From contig CAWCVB010000006.1 in the NCBI GenBank assembly GCA_963798915.1, positions 150,856-214,855 of the forward strand: a stretch of 64,000 nt of DNA. The letters are read 5' to 3'. This DNA comes from an uncultured Gemmatimonadales bacterium. GTDB lineage: Bacteria > Gemmatimonadota > Gemmatimonadetes > Gemmatimonadales > GWC2-71-9. This document shows positions 40,849 through 48,614 of this stretch, piece by piece. Below the pieces are notes generated by a model. The model had not been told where the DNA came from. It saw only the letters and a program-made list of their open reading frames with translations, and did no database searches. A program made the translations under genes and the position numbers. Numbering within the stretch: the stretch's first letter is position 1; every line of letters starts with the position of its first letter.

Positions 40849-41478
40849 CTAGCCGCTCCGGCGGCCCAGCGCCGTGAGGCCGGCAGCCAGGGCCAACCCT
40901 GGAATGAACGCCACGCCAAAAGTCCCGAGCGTCCAGCGTGCGCCCGGAAAGCCGATGAACACGCCAAGGACCGCGAGCCCCGCACCACACAGCAGGGCCG
41001 GCAGCATCACCCCCGCTATGGTAACCGACCGACCCCGCGCTGCCCGGCTCGCCAGCGTCATGGCGCCCATCCAGGGCAGGAAGGTGCCGAGTATCCACCA
41101 GACGGGATGATACCACCAGTTGCTGAAGCCACCGATCTCGGCCCAACGGTTGGTATAGATCCCGGCAGGCTGCAGCAGCGAGACATCCACCAGGAGGAAC
41201 ACGACCGTGGCCGCGAGCCCGATGCCCGCTGCCCCGGCGATTCCTTCGATCGTCCGGGCCCGGGTCCAGAAGCCGGGCATCACCACAACGACAGCGAGTC
41301 CCGCCAGCAGCACGAGCGCGCCCAGGATGGTCTCGATCGGAGGTGCCGTGAAGCGGGTGATGAACGACATGAAGACAACCACCACGCATTCGAACAGTCC
41401 GAGAATGACCGCCTTGCTGAGCACATGCCGGAGCGGAGTTACGTCAAATTCGCCATGGGGCTCGACAGCCGTTGCCAT
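40849..41478 (-). CDS. Hypothetical polytopic membrane protein (~6 TM)
   Basis: Hydrophobic segments throughout (AVILGLFECVVVVFMSF, LGALVLLAGLAVVVVMPGF, ..). ATG 41478 is preceded by GGGAGAG. Confidence 0.6.
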   Translation of the reverse strand: MATAVEPHGEFDVTPLRHVLSKAVILGLFECVVVVFMSFITRFTAPPIETILGALVLLAGLAVVVVMPGFWTRARTIEGIAGAAGIGLAATVVFLLVDVSLLQPAGIYTNRWAEIGGFSNWWYHPVWWILGTFLPWMGAMTLASRAARGRSVTIAGVMLPALLCGAGLAVLGVFIGFPGARWTLGTFGVAFIPGLALAAGLTALGRRSG

Positions 41479-41630
41479 GAACTCTCCCAATCGGGTATAA
41501 GGGCAGGCCTGAAGATAAGACGCCAACCCCAATGCGGCCAAGGGGATGCCGCCTGAGGCCCGGCTTCGGAGGTGGTGCCGCAGCCGGCCGCGGGAAGCGG
41601 CAACAGCGGGACGATTGTCGAAGCGTCATG

Positions 41631-42563
41631 TCAGGTCAGCCAACTGACGCCGATCGCGACGTCGGTCAGTGCCCAGGCGCCAAGCGCCAGGTACATGCTG
41701 CGCTGGTGCTGGCGCGCCGACCATCCGCGCGCTCCGGCAAGCCATGGAAGCAGCACCAGGAGCCAGCCAGCGAACGGCACCAGGAGAAGTGTCAGTCGCC
41801 ATGCGCCGACTGTCCATCCCGTGCGGAAGCCGGCGAGGCCGAACAACACAAAAGCTGCGATCGTAGCCGCCACGGCCGTCGCCAGGCTTACGCGCGCACC
41901 GAGTCGAAGTGCAAGGGTCCGGTCACCGCGCCTCCGATCTTCGTCGGCCTGGTAGAGCTGGGTCAGCGGATAGAGGGCGGCGAACAGCAGGCCGAAGCCG
42001 GTGACCAGCAGCCAGGCCCACGCCGTGGGCCGAACGCCAGCGGCCAACCAGCCCGCGAGCGGAGTCAGCGCGCCGAAGCCAACAAGATTGATGGCCCAGT
42101 CGGCGCCCGCCACCGCCTTGAGGCGCCATGGTGGCACCGAGTAAAGGATGGAGAGTACGAAGCAGGCGGCATAGACCACTGTGTAACCGCGTGGCATCAG
42201 GACCCAGGCCAATGCCAGACCCAGCAGCATGAGCCCGAGCCCCCAGCCAAACAAATGCGGCGGCGCGGCTGGCGGCCGCCGCAGGTAGGCGACGTCGCCT
42301 TCGTCGTGATCGAATGCCGAATTGATTGCCAGCGTGCCGCCGTTCAGCAGCACCACCCAGATCACAACCCCAAGCGCACACGCAACCCAGGGTGCGGCAG
42401 CTCCTTCCGGCCGGGCGCGGATGGCAAGCAGGCCACCGAGCGCCGTGTGTGCGGCCATGATCGGCCACTCGGCCGGTCGGAGGTGGAGCAGGTAATCAAA
42501 TCCCCGGCCGAACAGGCGATAGCCAAGAACCCGGCCGCGGGAGGTTGCCTCTCGCGCGATCAC
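41631..42563 (-). CDS. UbiA-family aromatic/polyprenyl prenyltransferase
   Basis: Multi-TM protein with an Asp-rich motif NSAFDHDEGD (NxxxDxDxxD). GTG 42563 overlaps the coaX stop (GTGA); the track ORF extends to 42782. Confidence 0.7.
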   Translation of the reverse strand: MIAREATSRGRVLGYRLFGRGFDYLLHLRPAEWPIMAAHTALGGLLAIRARPEGAAAPWVACALGVVIWVVLLNGGTLAINSAFDHDEGDVAYLRRPPAAPPHLFGWGLGLMLLGLALAWVLMPRGYTVVYAACFVLSILYSVPPWRLKAVAGADWAINLVGFGALTPLAGWLAAGVRPTAWAWLLVTGFGLLFAALYPLTQLYQADEDRRRGDRTLALRLGARVSLATAVAATIAAFVLFGLAGFRTGWTVGAWRLTLLLVPFAGWLLVLLPWLAGARGWSARQHQRSMYLALGAWALTDVAIGVSWLT

Positions 42564-43339
42564 CAGCGCTGCCCGAGCACCGCGGCGGCCAGTCGAAGGC
42601 CTTCCAGAGTGAGATTCGGCTCGACAGCCTCGATGCTGGCGCATAGCGGAGCGACCAGCCCGGCCAGACCACCGGTCGCGATGCAGCGCGGCGACCCGGC
42701 TCCTGGCCATTCGTGGCGAATTCGCGCGACCATGCCGTCGACCGCGTCCGCCGCGCCGTAGAGGACTCCGGCCTGGATGCACTCCTCGGTCCGGCGACCG
42801 ATGACCCCGGCCGGCTGCGTCAGTTCCGTGGCCGGCAGCTTGGCGGCCCGGCGCGTCAATTGATCCGCCGAGGTCCGGAGCCCTGGCATGATGGCACCGC
42901 CGATGAAGCGCCCGTCAGCGGTGATGCAGTCGAAGGTCGTCGCGGTTCCGAAATCCACAACGACCACGTCCGCATGAAACCGGTCGATCGCCGCCAGGAC
43001 GTTCACGATGCGATCGGCGCCTACCGTGAGCGGCTCTTCGACGTCGAGCACCACCGGAAGCCGACTGCGAGCCGACACCAGCTCCGGGCGCACACCCGTG
43101 GCGGTGGTAACTCCATCCACCACGGCGCGGGTCGCGGCCGGCGCCACCGATGCGACGCACGCTGCACGAACCTCGTTGGGTGAGTGTCCGTAATGCAGGA
43201 GAAAGCCACTGATGGCGGCGGCCCATTCGTCGGAGGTGCGTTCGGGGCCGGTCGTCATGCGCCAGGTGGCCATGAAAATCTCTCCACGCACGAGGCCGGC
43301 GGTGATTTCGCTATTGCCGATATCCAGTACCAGGAGCAT
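42560..43339 (-). CDS. coaX: Type III pantothenate kinase
   Basis: MLLVLDIGNSEITAGL.., ..VVVDFGTATTFD.., ..GGAI.PG. Confidence 0.9.
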   Translation of the reverse strand: MLLVLDIGNSEITAGLVRGEIFMATWRMTTGPERTSDEWAAAISGFLLHYGHSPNEVRAACVASVAPAATRAVVDGVTTATGVRPELVSARSRLPVVLDVEEPLTVGADRIVNVLAAIDRFHADVVVVDFGTATTFDCITADGRFIGGAIMPGLRTSADQLTRRAAKLPATELTQPAGVIGRRTEECIQAGVLYGAADAVDGMVARIRHEWPGAGSPRCIATGGLAGLVAPLCASIEAVEPNLTLEGLRLAAAVLGQRW

Positions 43340-43345
43340 GGGATT

Positions 43346-44092
43346 CTACTCCGCGAGAGATACGCGGGCGGCAGCCCGCACCGGAGCGGCGCGCAGCGCC
43401 ACTACCGCACCATCGTGCTGCCGGATGAGGAGAGCGCCATCGGCCGAGATCCCAACCGCCACGCCCGGTCGCGGGGCGGCCAGCTGGCGGCCGGCGAGCC
43501 AGTCGCGCTCGCCTAAGCGGACACGTTCATCGTCCGCCAGCGGTCCACGCGCAGCACCGGCAGCCACGACCGCGTCGGCCACGAGCGTGGCCAGCTGATC
43601 CAGTTCGGCGACCAGGCCGTGATCCGCCAGGCGCGCGGCCTCGCCCATCAACGCAGCCGGCAGGTCGTTGGTGACGTTCAGTCCGACGCCGACCACCACC
43701 CATGCCGGGCGATCGCCCGTCCACCGCGCCTCGCAGAGGATGCCCCCTGCCTTGCGGCCGGAGGCGAAGATGTCATTGGGCCACTTCAGCATCAGGTCCC
43801 GTGCACCGCGCGCCTCCAGGAGCTCGATGACCGCCAGGCCTACCCTGACGCTCAGCACGTCCAGCGCCGCCGACTCGCGCGGCCGAAGCAGCACGCTCAG
43901 CCACAGACCGCCAGCCCCAGCAGCCCACTCGCTTCCCCGTGCGCCACGACCCGCTGTCTGTTCCAGCGCGGCCACGCCGGTGCCGGAGACCGCCCCCTGC
44001 TCTGCCAGGGCGTGCACCGCATCCTGGGTGGAGGGGACGGATGTCACCCAGCGCACTGTCGAGCACCCGTGGGGCACTATCGCAGCACCCAC
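43346..44092 (-). CDS. birA: Biotin--[acetyl-CoA-carboxylase] ligase (no N-terminal HTH)
   Basis: ..STQD.., ..Q.AGRGARGSEW....GGLWLSVLLRP.., ..LKWPNDI. An alternative GTG start at 44077 is coupled to the uppP stop. Confidence 0.85.
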   Translation of the reverse strand: MGAAIVPHGCSTVRWVTSVPSTQDAVHALAEQGAVSGTGVAALEQTAGRGARGSEWAAGAGGLWLSVLLRPRESAALDVLSVRVGLAVIELLEARGARDLMLKWPNDIFASGRKAGGILCEARWTGDRPAWVVVGVGLNVTNDLPAALMGEAARLADHGLVAELDQLATLVADAVVAAGAARGPLADDERVRLGERDWLAGRQLAAPRPGVAVGISADGALLIRQHDGAVVALRAAPVRAAARVSLAE

Positions 44093-44886
44093 AGCAGCAC
44101 CAGCCCGAACGCGATTCGATACCAGGCGAAGACAGCAAAGCTTCGGTGCGACACGAACTGCAGGAACGCGCGCACCACCACGAGTGCTGCCACGAAGGAG
44201 ACGACAAAGCCGATGGCAAAGATCGGCACGTCGCCTGCAAGGAGCACCTGCCGACTGGAAACGAGGTCGAACAGCGTCGCAGCGAACATGACCGGGATGG
44301 CGAGAAAGAACGAGAACTCGGTGGCGGCACGCCGGCTCAGGCCCAGGGCATACCCACCCATGATGGTGGCACCCGAACGCGACACTCCCGGCACCAGCGC
44401 GAGCACCTGGGCCAGCCCGATCCCCAGTGCAGTGCGGGTCGGCACCGCGAACGGGTCATCCCTTCGCACCGGCGGCGCCCAACGCTCAACGAGCAGAATG
44501 CCTACACCACCCAGGATGAGCGCCATGGCAACCACCAGCGGTGTGAAGAGCCATGCCTTGATCTGGTGATGGAACGCGACGCCGACCACTGCGGCGGGAA
44601 TGAATGCGACCACCAGCGACCATACGAACTGCTGGTCAGCGCGGTTGGATGCCACATGCCGCATTACGGCGCCGAGCCGTCGCCGGTACAGCCACAGAAT
44701 CGCAAGCACCGCGCCCAGCTGGATGAAGATTTCGAACGTCTCGGCGCGCGCATCGGTCCAGCCGAGCAGGTGACCACCAAGAATCAGGTGGCCGGTCGAC
44801 GAGACGGGCAAGAATTCCGTGATGCCCTCCAGGACGCCCAGCAAGACGGCCTTGAGCCAGAGCGGCAGGGCTGCAAGGAACGCCAT
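44077..44886 (-). CDS. uppP: Undecaprenyl-diphosphate phosphatase
   Basis: LKAVLLGVLEGITEFLPVSSTGHL... and ...PGVSRSGATI. ATG 44886 shares 1 nt with the bshA stop. Confidence 0.9.
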   Translation of the reverse strand: MAFLAALPLWLKAVLLGVLEGITEFLPVSSTGHLILGGHLLGWTDARAETFEIFIQLGAVLAILWLYRRRLGAVMRHVASNRADQQFVWSLVVAFIPAAVVGVAFHHQIKAWLFTPLVVAMALILGGVGILLVERWAPPVRRDDPFAVPTRTALGIGLAQVLALVPGVSRSGATIMGGYALGLSRRAATEFSFFLAIPVMFAATLFDLVSSRQVLLAGDVPIFAIGFVVSFVAALVVVRAFLQFVSHRSFAVFAWYRIAFGLVLLWVLR

Positions 44887-46010
44887 CAGCCCAGCGTCTC
44901 GGTATACAGGCGCTCGTACTGCGGCACCACTTCCTCGACCGAGTACCGTTGCGCCTGCTTGATGCAGGCGGCGCGCATCGCCTCCCAACGGTGCCGATCA
45001 CGCAACAGTTCCACGGCGCGGCGGCCCATCGCTTCCACACTCCCGACCGGCTCCAGCAGTCCCGTGACACCATCCTCGACGACCTCGGGAATGCCACCAA
45101 CGCTGGTCGCCACCACCGGCACGCCGCATGCCATGGCCTCCAGCGCGGCCAACCCGAAACTTTCCGTCTGGGAGGGCAGCACGAACAGGTCGGACGCCTG
45201 CAGCAGCGAAGCGACCGAGTCCAGCCGGCCCAGGAAGCGGACGTCTTCTCCCACTTCCAGCGAGCGCGCCTCGCGCTCGGCATCTTCCCGTTCCGGGCCA
45301 TCACCCACCATCAGCAGGGTGGCCGGCATGGCGTGACGGATGCGCGCGAATACCCGCACGACGTCACGAACGCGCTTGACCTCGCGGAAATTGGACGTAT
45401 GCATGATCACCTTGTGCCCGGCGGGCGCAACCTGGCCGCAGTTCGCTTCCGCCGCCGGGCGGTACTCCTCCAGGTTCACAAAATTCGGTATGACCCGGAT
45501 GTCGCAGGAAATGCATCCGAACGCGCGGTAGGTCTCGTCGCGAAGATGTCCCGAGACCGCCGTGACGCCGTCGGACTGCTCGATGGAGAATCGGGTAATG
45601 GCGAAGAAGCTGGCTTCCTGGCCCACCAGCGTGATGTCGGTGCCGTGCAACGTGGTGATAACCTTGACCGGCTGTTCCGCGCCCAGCATTTCCCGCGCAA
45701 GGAAGGCCGTCGTGGCATGCGGGATGGCATAGTGCACGTGCAGCACGTCCAGCCGCTCCCGGAGCGCAACTTCATGCTGTTTGGAGGCCAGGGCCAGGGT
45801 ATACGGGAAATGGTCGAACAGGGGGTACCGGCCCATGCGCGTATCCACTTCGTGGAAGTAGACCCGTTCGCTGTAGCCGTGCAGCCGGAAGGGCATGGCG
45901 TACGTGATGAAGTGGACTTCATGCCCCCTCCGAGCGAGGGCGAGCCCGAGCTCGGTCGCCAGGGCGCCGGAACCGCCGTAGGTGGGATAGCAGGTGATGC
46001 CTATCTTCAT
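44886..46010 (-). CDS. bshA: GT4 glycosyltransferase, N-acetyl-alpha-D-glucosaminyl L-malate synthase type (BshA)
   Basis: MKIGITCYPTYGGSGALATELGLALARRGHEVHFITYAMPFRL...HVHYAIPHA...TTLHGTDITL...TAVS...NF...VKRV.DV.RVF...LL.VGDGPE...ESFGLAALEAMACGVPVVATSVGGIPEVV. This is collinear with my recollection of B. subtilis BshA over the whole length. Confidence 0.8.
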   Translation of the reverse strand: MKIGITCYPTYGGSGALATELGLALARRGHEVHFITYAMPFRLHGYSERVYFHEVDTRMGRYPLFDHFPYTLALASKQHEVALRERLDVLHVHYAIPHATTAFLAREMLGAEQPVKVITTLHGTDITLVGQEASFFAITRFSIEQSDGVTAVSGHLRDETYRAFGCISCDIRVIPNFVNLEEYRPAAEANCGQVAPAGHKVIMHTSNFREVKRVRDVVRVFARIRHAMPATLLMVGDGPEREDAEREARSLEVGEDVRFLGRLDSVASLLQASDLFVLPSQTESFGLAALEAMACGVPVVATSVGGIPEVVEDGVTGLLEPVGSVEAMGRRAVELLRDRHRWEAMRAACIKQAQRYSVEEVVPQYERLYTETLG

Positions 46011-46930
46011 GACTCCGTCCGGGACCAGAGGTGCGCGATCTCTGCGGCCAGCGTCTCCGGCCCGCGCGTCGCGTCAAGAGTAATGCGCTCGCCGGCAAGC
46101 TGGTTCCGGAACCAGGTTTCCTGGCGCTTGGCGTACTGGCGGGTGCTGATGACGATGTCGTCGACCAGGCCCTTCGACGGGCGTCGGCCATCCAGCACCG
46201 CGACGGCGTCCCGCACCCCGATCCCGTCCAGGCCAGGCGCATCAGGCCCCGCGCCCTCGGCCAGGACTGCGGCCACCTCGCCCATCAGTCCCCGCTGGAT
46301 CATTTCGCGGGCCCTGCTCTCGATCCGCCGATGGAGGACCGACCTCGGCACTGTCAGCACGATGTACCACGGGTCGATCGCGCGCCCGGCTCGGGCGGCG
46401 CGTTGCCAATAGCTCAGCGACTGGCCGCTGAGGAGCGCCACTTCCACGGCGCGCTGCGCGCGCTGGCGACCGCCGCCCCGAAACCCCGGGTCCAGTCGCG
46501 CCGCCCATCGCACCAGCTCGAGCGCTTCGCGCCGTGCCAGCCAGGCGTCCAGCCGACGGCGGGCGCCCGCATCGAGCGGCGGTTCGTGAAAGAGTCCCTC
46601 TGCGAGCGCACGCACGTAGAGGCCCGTGCCCCCGACCACCACCGGCATCGATCCGCGGGCCAGGATATCAGCCACGTATCCGGCCGCATCACGGGCAAAG
46701 CGTCCGGCGCTATAGCGTTCTCCCGGCGCGATGATGCCGATCCCATGGTGCGGCACCCGGGAAAGTTCGCGTGCAGTGGGTTGGGCCGTGGCCACAGCGA
46801 GCCGGCGATAGACCTGTCGTGAGTCTGCGGAGACGACCTCGATCGGCCAGTGCTCTGCCAGTGCCAGCGCCACGGCGGTCTTTCCGATCCCCGTCGGGCC
46901 TACAAGGACAGGAATCCTAGCGACGGCCAA
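46007..46930 (-). CDS. miaA: tRNA dimethylallyltransferase
   Basis: IPVLVGPTGIGKTAVALALAE....EVVSADSRQVYR.L...TAQPT. Start is probably TTG 46930 (14-nt overlap with mutL); the track ORF is over-extended to 47290. Confidence 0.88.
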   Translation of the reverse strand: MAVARIPVLVGPTGIGKTAVALALAEHWPIEVVSADSRQVYRRLAVATAQPTARELSRVPHHGIGIIAPGERYSAGRFARDAAGYVADILARGSMPVVVGGTGLYVRALAEGLFHEPPLDAGARRRLDAWLARREALELVRWAARLDPGFRGGGRQRAQRAVEVALLSGQSLSYWQRAARAGRAIDPWYIVLTVPRSVLHRRIESRAREMIQRGLMGEVAAVLAEGAGPDAPGLDGIGVRDAVAVLDGRRPSKGLVDDIVISTRQYAKRQETWFRNQLAGERITLDATRGPETLAAEIAHLWSRTES

Positions 46931-48605
46931 ATCGGCGCTCCAGCTCCTCGCGTGGAAGCTGCACGATCGTTGCCCGTCCGTGCACGTCGTGCGGCGGCAG
47001 GGCCGTGCCGAAGAGTCGCGCGAGCAGGCCGCGCATCTCGTCCTGGCCCAGTTCCTCGCCGGCCTTGACCGCCGCGCGGCAGGCGTAGGTCGCGGCGAAC
47101 CGCTCCAGGCCGCTGCTCCAGCCACCGAAGCGCCCACGCGCCAGATCGGAGACAAGTTCCCGGAAGCAGCGCGCAGCATCGAAGCGCGGATGGGGCGCCG
47201 GTACCGCTTGCAGGATGACGCTTCGGCCGCCAAACGCGTCCACGGCAAAGCCCGCGCGCTCGAGCCACTCGCGATGCGCCTCCAGCGCATCGAGCTCCTC
47301 GTCCGTCAACTCGATCGTCATGGGAAGAAGCAATCGCTGGGAGGCCGCCCCCTGGCTGGTGAGCTGGCCCATGGCTTCTTCGTACAAGACGCGCTCGTGA
47401 GCCGAGTGCTGGTCCACGAAGACCAGCGCCTCTTCGCTCTCGTAAACGATGTAGCTCCGGAAAAGCTGTCGTGGCAGACTTGCATTCGCACTCGCCGGAC
47501 CCGCGACGTCGCCTCTCGGGTTCCGGTCCGACCCCAGCACGTCCGGCAACGCCAGCAGGGAGATCTCCGTTCCGGACGACGCGGGCATCGGCCTCCAGTC
47601 GCCGACTGGCACCGTTGCGGCGGACTGGCCAATAGCCAGCCGGACCGCCTCTTCCACCGCACGCTCGGCGCCCAGCCGGTCGCGGAAGCGAACCTCCAGC
47701 TTGGCCGGATGAACATTCACGTCGACATCCGCAGGCGCAGTCGTGAGCTGGAGCAGCAACGAGGGTCGATCCCCCGGATGAATGGCGGCGCGATAGCCCG
47801 CCTCAGCGGCCCGCACCAGAAATGGATCGCGAAAGGGCCGGCCGTTGATGAAGAGTTGCACTCGCCGCCCGCTGGGGCGGGCGTCACCCGGCCGCTGGGC
47901 GAATCCGTCTACCCGGAAGCCGCCGACCGCATGCGCTACCGCCACAAGCGTTCCGGCCATGTCTTCGCCCCAGACCGCCGCGAGGCGCTCTGCCGGTTCT
48001 TGCCCAGCAGGCACCGAGAGCCGACGGACGTTCTCGATCTCCAGCTCGAACCCCACGGCGGGATACGTCAGGGCGAGCGTCGCCACGACATCCGTGATGG
48101 CGCGCCCCTCGCTCGCGACCGAGCGCAGAAACTTCCGACGCGCGGGCGTGTTGAAGAAGAGTCCGCGGACAGCCACAGTCGTGCCCCGGGTGCGCGCGGC
48201 CGGTGTTGCGCCGTCCACGCGCCCGCCGGTCACCCGAACTTCGGTCGCGGCCTCGCCGTCGGAGGTCAGGAGCTCGAACCGTGAAACGGAGGCGATTGCC
48301 GGCAGGGCTTCGCCCCGGAACCCGAACGTGCTGACGCCGATCAGGTCCGCGGCGCTCTGGATCTTGCTGGTTGCGTGCCGGTCCAGCGCGAGCAGCGCGT
48401 CATCGCGATTCATGCCTTCGCCATCATCGGCCACTTCGATGAGGCTCTTGCCCCCCTGCTCCACCCGGATGCGTACCGCGCTGGCGCCGGCGTCGAGCGC
48501 ATTTTCCGCCAGCTCCTTCACCACGCTGGCCGGACGCTCCACGACCTCGCCCGCCGCGATCTGGTCGGCGACGGCGTCGGGAAGAATGCGAATCCGGCGA
48601 GTCAT
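46917..48605 (-). CDS. mutL: DNA mismatch repair protein MutL
   Basis: IRILPDAVADQIAAGEVVERPASVVKELAENALDAGA.. GHKL ATPase N-terminus and a C-terminal dimerisation/endonuclease region. Confidence 0.92.
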   Translation of the reverse strand: MTRRIRILPDAVADQIAAGEVVERPASVVKELAENALDAGASAVRIRVEQGGKSLIEVADDGEGMNRDDALLALDRHATSKIQSAADLIGVSTFGFRGEALPAIASVSRFELLTSDGEAATEVRVTGGRVDGATPAARTRGTTVAVRGLFFNTPARRKFLRSVASEGRAITDVVATLALTYPAVGFELEIENVRRLSVPAGQEPAERLAAVWGEDMAGTLVAVAHAVGGFRVDGFAQRPGDARPSGRRVQLFINGRPFRDPFLVRAAEAGYRAAIHPGDRPSLLLQLTTAPADVDVNVHPAKLEVRFRDRLGAERAVEEAVRLAIGQSAATVPVGDWRPMPASSGTEISLLALPDVLGSDRNPRGDVAGPASANASLPRQLFRSYIVYESEEALVFVDQHSAHERVLYEEAMGQLTSQGAASQRLLLPMTIELTDEELDALEAHREWLERAGFAVDAFGGRSVILQAVPAPHPRFDAARCFRELVSDLARGRFGGWSSGLERFAATYACRAAVKAGEELGQDEMRGLLARLFGTALPPHDVHGRATIVQLPREELERRFGRR

Positions 48606-48614
48606 ATCCGAAAG

